64,000 bases of DNA from Candidatus Omnitrophota bacterium (GTDB taxonomy: Bacteria > Omnitrophota > Gorgyraeia > JAFGGP01), in the NCBI GenBank assembly GCA_016930485.1, contig JAFGGP010000030.1, positions 66,745 to 130,744 on the forward strand. The letters run 5' to 3'. The number at the start of each line of letters is the position of its first letter. Positions within the stretch are counted from its first letter, which is position 1. A program made the position numbers and the translations under genes. Shown piece after piece: positions 36,795 to 44,937 of the stretch. The notes under the pieces are model-generated. The model saw only the letters and a program-made list of their open reading frames with translations, searched no databases and was not told the origin of the DNA.

Positions 36795-37775
36795 TTACGG
36801 TACCTCCACCCCGTCAAAGACGCGGCGGGCAATGTCCTCGCCGGTCAGCTCCTCCGCCTCTGCCTCATAGGTCGGGATAATCCTGTGCCTGAGCACATCC
36901 AGTCCGACCGCCTTCACGTCCTCGGGAGTCACATAGCCCCGTCCGCGCAAAAAGGCGTGGGCGCGCGAGGCGATGTTCAAATAAATGCAGGCGCGGGGCG
37001 AGGCCCCGTATGAAATCAATGATTTAATATCAAGGTTGTGCTTCTCCGGCTCCCGTGTCGCGAAGACAATATCGACGATATACTCCTTCACCTTATCGTC
37101 GATATAGACCTGTCGCACCACCTCCCTGGCGTGGAGAATATCCGCCGGGGTTACAACCGGACTGGGCCGGGGTTCATCCTTTCCGGCCATCCGCTCCATG
37201 ATCTCTTTTTCCTCATCACGGGTAGGATAATCGATCTTGAGTTTTAATAAAAACCGATCTACCTGTGCCTCGGGCAGCGGATACGTACCCTCCTGTTCTA
37301 TCGGGTTCTGGGTAGCAAGCACCAGAAAGGGCGCCTCGAGCCGGAAGGTCTCCTGGCCGATCGTCACCTGCCGCTCCTGCATCGCCTCAAGGAGTGCGCT
37401 CTGCACCTTTGCCGGGGCACGGTTAATTTCGTCCGCCAGAATAATATTGGCAAAGATCGGGCCTTTCTTGGTAGAAAATGACCCCTGCTGGGGATTGTAG
37501 ACAAGGGTCCCCACGAGGTCCGCCGGCAATAGATCCGGTGTAAACTGTATGCGCTGAAACTTTGCCTGGATGCATCCCGCCAGTGTCCTGACAGAAAGCG
37601 TCTTGGCGAGTCCGGGTACGCCCTCCAGCAAAATATGCCCGTCCGCCAGAAGACCGATCAGGAGCCGCTCGACCATATACTTCTGACCGACGATGATCTT
37701 CGACATCTCATTCAGGATATTGCGGACAAACAGACTTTCTTTTTCAACAAGCTCGGTAATCTGCTTCAGTTCCAT
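36795..37775 (-). CDS. moxR: MoxR-family AAA+ ATPase
   Basis: Walker A GVPGLAKT, Walker B ILADEINRA, length ~326 aa. Confidence 0.9.
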   Translation of the reverse strand: MELKQITELVEKESLFVRNILNEMSKIIVGQKYMVERLLIGLLADGHILLEGVPGLAKTLSVRTLAGCIQAKFQRIQFTPDLLPADLVGTLVYNPQQGSFSTKKGPIFANIILADEINRAPAKVQSALLEAMQERQVTIGQETFRLEAPFLVLATQNPIEQEGTYPLPEAQVDRFLLKLKIDYPTRDEEKEIMERMAGKDEPRPSPVVTPADILHAREVVRQVYIDDKVKEYIVDIVFATREPEKHNLDIKSLISYGASPRACIYLNIASRAHAFLRGRGYVTPEDVKAVGLDVLRHRIIPTYEAEAEELTGEDIARRVFDGVEVP

Positions 37776-37799
37776 AATGCCCCTCCTTCTGGAAATTGT

Positions 37800-38345
37800 T
37801 TATGTCAAAAATCTTTTTACAGAACTAATACTTTTGCCAAAAGTATCGGTTGCGCTTCCTATAATAAAGCCTGTCAGCAAACACTTTTCTGCCGCTTGAG
37901 ATAAAATCGTGGCGTCGGAGGTTTTGTCTAAATCGTGTTCAAACTGCTCAATTCTTTCTTGAGAGCGGCGCCGGCGCTGTTCTGTCCGAGCAAATAACAA
38001 CCCCATAACACCTAACTCTTTAGCATCAAGCCATAATACCTTACAGTTACGGCAACTATCAATTTTAACAAAGTCCGTACCCATATAACCGTAATTTTCC
38101 ATCTCTGCATTACATGAAGGGCAAAAAAGACTTTTTCCTATATCAGAAAGAGGTTCTATTGGATAATCAGGATCGATTATCTGCATAAGATCCTTGCTAA
38201 AAATCTGCAACATTCGTAATAAATTCCTTTGTTTAATCAGCATACCCTTGCAACCTGAACAAAGATATATTTCTATCGTATGATACACACCTGACTGTAA
38301 CGTTTTTGCGCAACGGGGGCACTTCAAAGTATTAATGCGCTCCAT
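37800..38345 (-). CDS. Double zinc-ribbon protein (two zf-TFIIB-type CxxC...CxxC modules) with hydrophobic tail
   Basis: CPRCAKTL...CSGCKGMLI and CPSCNAEM...CRNCKVLWLDAKELG match the zf-TFIIB-like pattern (CP.C ... C..C.G.WLD..EL). Ends 24 nt before the moxR start. Confidence 0.55.
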   Translation of the reverse strand: MERINTLKCPRCAKTLQSGVYHTIEIYLCSGCKGMLIKQRNLLRMLQIFSKDLMQIIDPDYPIEPLSDIGKSLFCPSCNAEMENYGYMGTDFVKIDSCRNCKVLWLDAKELGVMGLLFARTEQRRRRSQERIEQFEHDLDKTSDATILSQAAEKCLLTGFIIGSATDTFGKSISSVKRFLT

Positions 38346-38463
38346 GGAAAACCTCGATTGAATTTCTAACAGCCGTTTCGCCCGCTCTTTTTGAAACTTT
38401 ACACTCTAAATAAAGTGAAATTCCAAATGGCAAACCGTAACCAGTAAATAGACCCTCTCTCAT
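38332..38463 (-). CDS. Possible 43-aa small ORF, translationally coupled to the zinc-ribbon gene
   Basis: My hand translation gives MREGLFTGYGLPFGISLYLECKVSKRAGETAVRNSIEVFHGAH. Its stop overlaps the zinc-ribbon ATG by 14 nt. No similarity recognised. Confidence 0.2.
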   Translation of the reverse strand: MREGLFTGYGLPFGISLYLECKVSKRAGETAVRNSIEVFHGAH

Positions 38464-38501
38464 AATATTTTCTATTACGGCTAGCTGCAAAAGCCGCTTT
38501 C

Positions 38502-38557
38502 TTCGTTCTCGGGTTTGTTTGAACTTGAATCCTTCGTAGAACTCGCTAACTCGCGAA
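38502..38557. repeat. Short CGGGTT-family hairpin overlapping the clpB stop codon
   Basis: ttcgttctcgggtttg ... gaactcgctaactcgcgaa. The clpB TAG stop lies inside the word gagttagcg on the minus strand. Confidence 0.6.
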
Positions 38558-41149
38558 TTGCTTATTAAAGATTAAGGCATTCCCGGATATATCCACATCT
38601 ACGGCAATCATATCGCCATCGAGAAAGTGCCCCTGGAGAAACTCTTGAGAGAGCGGATTTAAAAGAAATGTCTGGAGCGCCCGTTTCAGGGGACGCGCCC
38701 CGTATACCGGGTCATATCCCTTCCTGGCAAGAAACTCCTTTGCCCCGTCGCTCAGCAGCATGCGTAGTTTGCGGTCGCTTAATCGTTTTTGAATCCGCCC
38801 GACCTGGATATCGACTATCCGCGCAAGGCATCCGGTATCCAATGTGTTAAAAAGGATAACCTCGTCAATCCGGTTGAGAAATTCGGGCCGAAAATGCGCC
38901 CGCAGGGCCTCGTTCATTTTTTTCTGCAATCCCTCCGGATTTAATTCGTATTCTTCGATAAACCGGCTTCCTATGTTTGAGGTCATAATAATAACGGTGT
39001 TCTTAAAATTTATCACGCGTCCCTGACTGTCTGTTAGACGGCCGTCGTCGAGTATCTGTAACAGTATGTTAAATACATCCGCGTGCGCCTTTTCAATCTC
39101 GTCAAAGAGGATAACCGCGTAAGGCCGGCGTCTTATCTGCTCGGTCAGCTGGCCCCCTTCTTCATACCCGACATAGCCGGGTGGTGCGCCGATCAACCGC
39201 GAGACGGCGTGTTTTTCCATATACTCGGACATATCGATTCTGACCAGCGCGTGCTCGTCGTCAAACAGGAACTCGGCCAGTGTGCGTGCCAGTTCGGTCT
39301 TGCCTACGCCGGTCGGCCCCAGAAAGATAAAACTCCCCAGCGGCCGGTCCGGATCGGCCAAGCCCGAGCGGGCCCGCCTCACCGCATTGGCAACGCTCTC
39401 GCAGGCAGCATCCTGCCCTACCACACGTTCCTTCAGGCGGTCCTCCATATGAATCAGTTTTTCCGTCTCGCCTTCCATCAGTTTCGCGGTGGGAATGCCT
39501 GTCCACTGGGCAACAATACCAGCAATATCCTCCTCATCAACCTCTTCCTTTAAAAGGCCCCGATTCTGCTGAAGTTCGGCAAACCGGGCGTTTTCCTCAT
39601 TAAGCTTCTTATCGAGCGCGTTCAATATCCCGTATTTCAGCTCTGCGGCCCGCGACAGGTCCTGTTTTCGTTCGGCAAGCTCTATCTCTGTCCTCGTCTT
39701 CTCAATCTGTTCCTTGACAGCCCTGATCGCCTCAATAACCGCTTTTTCTTTTCGCCACTCCCCCTCCATCTCATCCGATTGTTTGCCAAGCTCCTTCAGC
39801 TGCTCTTCTATTTTATCAAGTCTTTCCCGGGAGCCCCTGTCTTTTTCCTTCTTGAGGGCCTGCCGCTCTATTTCAAGCTGCATAATCTGACGCTTGACCT
39901 GATCGAGTTCTGTAGGCAAACTGTCTATCTCGATCCGCAGCTTAGAGGCCGCTTCATCAATAAGATCGATGGCCTTGTCAGGCAAAAACCTGCCGGTGAT
40001 ATAGCGGTGGGACAACGTCGCTGCCGCCACCAGTGCCGTGTCTTTAATGCGTACGCCGTGGTGCACCTCATATTTTTCCTTGAGGCCGCGCAGGATGGCA
40101 ATGGTATCCTCAACAGAGGGCTCGCCGATCAGGACCTGCTGAAATCTTCTCTCAAGCGCGGGGTCCTTCTCAATATTCTTGCGGTATTCATCCAGGGTGG
40201 TGGCGCCGATACACCTGAGCTCTCCCCGTGCCAGGGCGGGTTTAAGCATATTGGACGCGTCAACCGCGCCCTCGGCCGACCCTGCCCCCACCACGGTGTG
40301 CAGTTCATCGATAAAGAGGATGATCTCTCCCTGCCGCGCCTCGATCTCCTTCAGAACGGCCTTCAGACGGTCCTCAAACTCACCCCTGTATTTAGAGCCG
40401 GCGACAAGGCTGCCGATATCGAGCGCGATGACCTTTTTATCCCTGAGCGTCTCCGGGACATCACCTTGGATAATTCTTCCGGCAAGGCCCTCCGCAATAG
40501 CGGTCTTACCGACCCCCGGTTCTCCGATTAAGACAGGATTGTTCTTGGTGCGCCGTGAAAGCACCTGGATAACACGCCGGATCTCTTCATCCCTGCCGAT
40601 AACCGGGTCGAGCCTTCCCTGCGAGGCAAGCTCGGTAAGGTCCCTGCCGAATTTTTTCAGGGGCTGATATTTATCCTCAGGGGCCTGGTCGGTAACGCGC
40701 TGGGCACCCCTGATATCCTTCAGTGCCGCAAGTATCTTCTCCTTTGTGATTCCGTAGCGGGTAAGCAGGTTGGGGCGGGAACCGTCCGTAAGCTGTGTGT
40801 AGCCGATAAGGAGGTGTTCAGTCGATATGTACTCGTCCTGAAGAAGTGTCGCAGCCTGCATTGCCTGATGCAGGACCTCTTTCAGCTCGTTGGAAAAATA
40901 GACATCACCGGCTACCCCCTTGCCCTCAACCCGCGGGAAATCCTTAATGGCCCGGTCGACTTCTCCGGTCAGCCGATTCATCTCTACCCCCAGCCGCTTA
41001 AGCAGCGGTTGGGTAATATCGGCATCACCGGCAAGGAGCGCGTCAAGCAGGTGCTCAGGCTCGAGGACCTGATGCCTGTATGCCTGTGCCCTCTGCACCG
41101 CGCTCTGCACGATTTCCTGTGTCTTATAGGTATATTTGTTTGGGTCCAT
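38546..41149 (-). CDS. clpB: ClpB disaggregase chaperone
   Basis: 867 aa. Two AAA modules ([16 protein letters not shown]) and a long coiled-coil middle domain. Confidence 0.95.
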   Translation of the reverse strand: MDPNKYTYKTQEIVQSAVQRAQAYRHQVLEPEHLLDALLAGDADITQPLLKRLGVEMNRLTGEVDRAIKDFPRVEGKGVAGDVYFSNELKEVLHQAMQAATLLQDEYISTEHLLIGYTQLTDGSRPNLLTRYGITKEKILAALKDIRGAQRVTDQAPEDKYQPLKKFGRDLTELASQGRLDPVIGRDEEIRRVIQVLSRRTKNNPVLIGEPGVGKTAIAEGLAGRIIQGDVPETLRDKKVIALDIGSLVAGSKYRGEFEDRLKAVLKEIEARQGEIILFIDELHTVVGAGSAEGAVDASNMLKPALARGELRCIGATTLDEYRKNIEKDPALERRFQQVLIGEPSVEDTIAILRGLKEKYEVHHGVRIKDTALVAAATLSHRYITGRFLPDKAIDLIDEAASKLRIEIDSLPTELDQVKRQIMQLEIERQALKKEKDRGSRERLDKIEEQLKELGKQSDEMEGEWRKEKAVIEAIRAVKEQIEKTRTEIELAERKQDLSRAAELKYGILNALDKKLNEENARFAELQQNRGLLKEEVDEEDIAGIVAQWTGIPTAKLMEGETEKLIHMEDRLKERVVGQDAACESVANAVRRARSGLADPDRPLGSFIFLGPTGVGKTELARTLAEFLFDDEHALVRIDMSEYMEKHAVSRLIGAPPGYVGYEEGGQLTEQIRRRPYAVILFDEIEKAHADVFNILLQILDDGRLTDSQGRVINFKNTVIIMTSNIGSRFIEEYELNPEGLQKKMNEALRAHFRPEFLNRIDEVILFNTLDTGCLARIVDIQVGRIQKRLSDRKLRMLLSDGAKEFLARKGYDPVYGARPLKRALQTFLLNPLSQEFLQGHFLDGDMIAVDVDISGNALIFNKQFAS

Positions 41150-41155
41150 GGGGTT

Positions 41156-41237
41156 GGGCTCTCAGCCATCAGCCTTCAGCCGCTGTCCGCCACACTGCGT
41201 GGCGAGATCTCGCCTTCAGCCGCTGAGAGCTGAAGGC
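41156..41237. repeat. NTCAGCN-family element with internal GC hairpins, between htpX and clpB
   Basis: gggctctcagccatcagccttcagccgctg ... cgccacactgcgtggcg, ggcgagatctcgcc ... ttcagccgctgagagctgaaggct. ctcagccatcagcc is identical to 62557-62570. Confidence 0.8.
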
Positions 41238-42079
41238 TATCTAATCGCTAGCAGTCTTCTGATCCGCTCCTCTATCGGCGGATGCGTCCTGAAAAGTGCG
41301 CTTAAAAAATTACCGTGCAGCGGGTTTACGATAAAAAGATGCGCAGTCGTAGGCGATGCCGCGATCGGATACCGGGTATTGTGCTGTTCCAGTTTTCCCA
41401 GCGCCGAGGCAAGCCCCTTGGGGGTGCCGGCGATTTGTGCGCCGCTCCGGTCAGCGCCGTACTCTCTCGTGCGCGAGATGGCAAGCTGCACGATCAGCGC
41501 TGCGATCGGGGCAACAATGGACATAATGAGGAGGGCAAAGGCATTGCTGTCGCTGCTGCGCCCCTTGCCTCCAAAGCCGCCGAAAATAGCGGCCCAGCGT
41601 ATAAAGTTTGCAATCATAGTAATAGCACCAGCAATAGTGGCGGTGACGCTCATGATAAGCATATCCCTGTTCTTCACATGGGACAGCTCATGTGCCAGAA
41701 CGCCGCGCAGCTCCTCATCATCCAGAAGACGCACAATCCCTTCGGTAACGGCAACACAGGCATGTTGTGGATTCCGCCCCGTTGCAAACGCGTTCGGCGT
41801 CTCCTGAGGGATGAGAAAAAGCCGCGGCATCGGGAGCCCGGCGCGCCCTGCCAGGTCGCGTACCATATCGAATAACGCCGGGGCGTCCGACTCGCTTAAC
41901 TCCCGCGCTCCGTACATAGCCAGTACGATCTTGTCGCTGTACCAGTAGGAAATAAAATTCAGCATGAGCGCAAAGATAAAGGCAAACGAGGCCCCCTGCG
42001 CCCCCCCGACCGCGCCGCCTATCCACACCAGAAGCATCGTCAATATAACAAGCAGCATGCCTGTTTTTAGATAATTCAT
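41237..42079 (-). CDS. htpX: HtpX-family membrane zinc metalloprotease
   Basis: HELSH zinc motif ([12 protein letters not shown]) and four TM segments. Strong sigma-70 promoter upstream. Confidence 0.9.
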   Translation of the reverse strand: MNYLKTGMLLVILTMLLVWIGGAVGGAQGASFAFIFALMLNFISYWYSDKIVLAMYGARELSESDAPALFDMVRDLAGRAGLPMPRLFLIPQETPNAFATGRNPQHACVAVTEGIVRLLDDEELRGVLAHELSHVKNRDMLIMSVTATIAGAITMIANFIRWAAIFGGFGGKGRSSDSNAFALLIMSIVAPIAALIVQLAISRTREYGADRSGAQIAGTPKGLASALGKLEQHNTRYPIAASPTTAHLFIVNPLHGNFLSALFRTHPPIEERIRRLLAIR

Positions 42080-42116
42080 GGCCGACTCCTTTCCGTACCC
42101 CTTTTATATTCCATTG

Positions 42117-42145
42117 ATTGTATCAATAAGGCTCCTTAGTGTCAA
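42117..42145 (-). promoter_or_regulatory. Sigma-70-type promoter of htpX (and probably clpB)
   Basis: Minus strand TTGACA-17 nt-TACAAT, ~35 nt upstream of the htpX ATG. Confidence 0.65.
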
Positions 42146-42234
42146 TGGGGCGCGCCCATCCCCAGGCTAGGCTCTTTTTCTACGTATTGCGATGCCTATA
42201 CACAAAAAACAGGGTGCTTCCTGTATTCTTTCCT

Positions 42235-42597
42235 TTATGTAATCACTATTTTTTTAGGCTGGGTCTTCTCTGACTTAGTCAGCGTGACGGTGAGGATCCC
42301 GTTTTCATAATCGGCGTTTATTTTCCCCTTATCTACCTCGTCGCCTAAGATAAATGCCCTTCTATATTCAAGGAGGCAGCGCTCTCTCATAATAGGTGTA
42401 TACCCCTTGGGCACCTCACATTCCTTCTGACTCCCCTTTATAGTCAGTTCATCCCCTATTAATTCAACCTGTATATCTTCTTTCTGTAAGCCGGCCATCT
42501 CGGCCTTCAGGACAACCTCTTTTTCCGTCTCTTGTATCGTTACGTAGGGTGTAACACTTTTCTTTATTTCTTCTCTGTTCTGGTTAACAAAAGTCAT
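42235..42597 (-). CDS. Hsp20 / alpha-crystallin small heat-shock protein
   Basis: 120 aa. Alpha-crystallin pattern (AEMAGLQKEDIQVEL...GILTVTLTK). Confidence 0.85.
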   Translation of the reverse strand: MTFVNQNREEIKKSVTPYVTIQETEKEVVLKAEMAGLQKEDIQVELIGDELTIKGSQKECEVPKGYTPIMRERCLLEYRRAFILGDEVDKGKINADYENGILTVTLTKSEKTQPKKIVIT

Positions 42598-42656
42598 AGC
42601 TACGTCTCCTCGGATAATGAGTTAGTGGGCGGACCTTTCGAAGGTCCGCCCTATTG

Positions 42657-43124
42657 TTACCTGACATCTATCTTAATCTGTTTTGGTTTTGCCGTTTCCT
42701 TTTTGGTAAGGGTGATCTCAAGGACCCCTCCTTTATAGGTAGCTGCGACTTTATTGGGGTCTACCTCGACCGGGAGCGCAATGGCCCTGTTAAAGCTTCC
42801 GTAAAACCTCTCGGAGCGGATATAGTCTTTTTCTTTGGTTTCACCCTCGCGCTTTTTTTCTCCCTTAATAACCAGAATATCTCCCTGAACCGATATGTCT
42901 AGCTCTTCCTTTTTCATGCCCGGAATATCGGCCCTTACCAGAACCGTGTCTTTGGAATCATACACATCTACCGCAGGACTCCACATGCCTTCGAGTAGTC
43001 CCGTATCCCGTTCAGGCCACCGCGTAAGCGAAAAGTTAAACAATCTGTTCATTTCATTCTGGAGTTTTTCAAGCTCATAAAAAGGATCCCATCTCTCTCT
43101 TTTTCTATACGGTACAAGCGCCAT
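42657..43124 (-). CDS. Hsp20 / alpha-crystallin small heat-shock protein
   Basis: 155 aa. PAVDVYDSKD...ADIPGMKKEELDISV...GVLEITLTK. CIRCE element in its upstream region. Confidence 0.9.
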   Translation of the reverse strand: MALVPYRKRERWDPFYELEKLQNEMNRLFNFSLTRWPERDTGLLEGMWSPAVDVYDSKDTVLVRADIPGMKKEELDISVQGDILVIKGEKKREGETKEKDYIRSERFYGSFNRAIALPVEVDPNKVAATYKGGVLEITLTKKETAKPKQIKIDVR

Positions 43125-43229
43125 GGTGGTTACCTCCTTTTTGTTGGTTCGGTTATGTTCTCTTTTCCGTCTACAAAAATAGCAAAATACTCTTTTTATT
43201 TCTTAACCACCCCCCTCTTATTCTACTTC

Positions 43230-43255
43230 TAGCACTCATTTAGCAAGAGTGCTAA
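43230..43255. promoter_or_regulatory. CIRCE operator (HrcA-binding inverted repeat) upstream of hsp20
   Basis: tagcactc-atttagcaa-gagtgctaa. On the minus strand it reads TTAGCACTC-N9-GAGTGCTAg. The established consensus is TTAGCACTC-N9-GAGTGCTAA, so 17 of 18 arm positions match with exact 9-nt spacing. Confidence 0.85.
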
Positions 43256-43299
43256 TGAATGCTTAAAAATTTTTTACCTCGTGAGATAACTTCCATATC

Positions 43300-43587
43300 T
43301 CATGGGGTGAACCCCTCTTTCTCCAACGGTGTTTTTTCAAGTCTCAGAATATATTTAATCCCGCGCGTATTGACTCCGTATTCTTTAATGAGTCCACGGA
43401 TATGAAGCAGCGTCATAACGTCCTTCTTGCAATAAAGACGGGTTTTTCCCTGAGAACGTTTAGGACATACCAGACCATCCTTATCCAGCTGACGTAAGGT
43501 CCATTCCGGCAGATTTACCAGCTTGCTTACTACACTGATGATATATACCGGCTCACACGGATCGATCTCAAAGGTTAAATACTCCAT
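43300..43587 (-). CDS. MerR-family heat-shock regulator, HspR-like
   Basis: The ORF track starts at a TTG at 43608. I prefer the ATG at 43585-43587 (MEYLTFEID), which has GGGGGAGAAAGG upstream and lies downstream of the predicted promoter. HTH pattern YIISVVSKLVNLPEWTLRQLDKDGLVCPKRSQGKTRLY resembles HspR. Confidence 0.7.
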   Translation of the reverse strand: MEYLTFEIDPCEPVYIISVVSKLVNLPEWTLRQLDKDGLVCPKRSQGKTRLYCKKDVMTLLHIRGLIKEYGVNTRGIKYILRLEKTPLEKEGFTP

Positions 43588-43612
43588 GCCTTTCTCCCCC
43601 TTCTTCAATGTA

Positions 43613-43641
43613 AGTCTACATCAAAAAAATATATCTGTCAA
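43613..43641 (-). promoter_or_regulatory. Sigma-70-type promoter of the HspR-like gene
   Basis: Minus strand TTGACA-17 nt-TAGACT. The -10 box ends ~25 nt upstream of ATG 43587. Confidence 0.6.
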
Positions 43642-43820
43642 GATTTTTTATTGAAAAATTTATACTATATAAACTTTTTAGTTAATTTATTTAATTTCTT
43701 AACTACAATTAAATCAACAAATTATGTATAAAAATTAAAATTTTCTAATTTAGAAATATTAAAAAAATCTTATTTTTATTTATATTATTTTAGATTATCT
43801 AATAGATATCGTGTCTCCTG

Positions 43821-43849
43821 TTGACTGTGTGTATCTATTATGTTACTAT
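43821..43849 (+). promoter_or_regulatory. Sigma-70-type promoter of the suhB-like gene
   Basis: TTGACT-17 nt-TACTAT, ~30 nt upstream of ATG 43878. Confidence 0.55.
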
Positions 43850-43877
43850 ACTTCAACCTTAATGTAAGGAGGAGACA

Positions 43878-44693
43878 ATGAATGAGGAGATTCAAAAACG
43901 ATTCGATGTTGCCTGTGAAGCAGCACGGCAGACAGGAAAGCTTCTTTTGGAGTATCTGCAAAAACCCCGCCAAATCAGTTATAAGGGGGAGATCGATCTG
44001 GTAACAGACGCGGATAAGGCGGCAGAGACAAACATATTGCGTATGGTAAAGGAACACTTCCCTGAAGATGGGATGCTGGCCGAGGAATCTGCCGCGGTTC
44101 TCAGCAAAACAGATTACCGGTGGATTATCGACCCTCTGGACGGGACGACAAACTTCGCGCATACGTTTCCGATGTTCTGCACCTCAATCGCCGTTGAATA
44201 CCGGCAGGAAATTGTCGCGGGGGCCGTGTTTGACCCGATCCACAATGAACTCTTCTGTGCCAGAAAGGGAGCAGGCGCAAACCTCAACGGTGTGCGTATC
44301 CGGGTATCAGGGGCGGACGACCTCCAGAAATCCCTCCTGGCAACAGGCTTTCCGTATGACAGGCGCGTTTCTCCTGATTACTATATCGAATTTTTCAAGC
44401 AGTTCATGTTTAACTGTCAGGCGATCCGGCGCTGCGGTTCGGCGGCCCTTGATCTGTGTTATCTTGCCTCAGGAAGGCTCGACGGGTTCTGGGAGTTAAA
44501 ACTTCATCCGTGGGATACCGCAGCAGGATATCTGATTCTGGCCGAGGCGGGTGGACGCGCAACTAACTTTGCGGGCGAACCGTTCTCCATATTCATGGAG
44601 GAAGTCGTCGGTTCAAATAGCATTATTCATGATCAGATGCTGGCAATTATCGCGGGGGTAACTTCGCGTTACAAACCGCAAGAACATCAATGA
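43878..44693 (+). CDS. suhB: Inositol monophosphatase family protein (SuhB-like)
   Basis: Motifs WIIDPLDGTTNF and WDTAAG. GGAGG RBS upstream. Confidence 0.85.
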   Translation: MNEEIQKRFDVACEAARQTGKLLLEYLQKPRQISYKGEIDLVTDADKAAETNILRMVKEHFPEDGMLAEESAAVLSKTDYRWIIDPLDGTTNFAHTFPMFCTSIAVEYRQEIVAGAVFDPIHNELFCARKGAGANLNGVRIRVSGADDLQKSLLATGFPYDRRVSPDYYIEFFKQFMFNCQAIRRCGSAALDLCYLASGRLDGFWELKLHPWDTAAGYLILAEAGGRATNFAGEPFSIFMEEVVGSNSIIHDQMLAIIAGVTSRYKPQEHQ

Positions 44694-44733
44694 CCAAGAT
44701 ACAAATTCCCTGCCTGATGCGGACTCTATTTTT

Positions 44734-44929
44734 TTTCACATTGTCCGCCAAATAGCGAGACCTCGCCCGCCTCGTCATCTTTGATGACGGGCGAGACGGG
44801 AAATGTGGGCTGCCCTTCCCCACATTGAAATGTGGGCTACTTGGACACAGAACGGCATAGTGTGTGTTCATTTTGAACTTCACATTGTCCTTTTGCATTT
44901 TACTTTTTGATATTTGATTTTATTAATTG
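44734..44929. repeat. Composite element downstream of the exonuclease gene, sharing a terminus with the batA-batB element
   Basis: ttcacattgtcc occurs twice (44734, 44879). AAATGTGGGC/CCCACATT hairpins are present. tgttcattttgaacttcacattgtcc (44865-44890) matches 31936-31961 at 22 of 26 positions. ttttgatatttgat (44905-44918) is identical to 31987-32000. Confidence 0.8.
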
Positions 44930-44937
44930 ATTATACG

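Noticed and set aside
42080-42160. Sigma-32 promoter upstream of htpX (CCCCATTG resembles the sigma-32 -10 box)
   Set aside because: No CTTGAA-like -35 element lies at 13-15 nt. The same region contains a much better TTGACA-N17-TACAAT sigma-70 promoter.
43785-44162. 125-aa minus-strand ORF overlapping the suhB-like gene
   Set aside because: It overlaps a well-supported IMPase gene on the opposite strand and starts in the AT-rich promoter region. No recognisable motifs.
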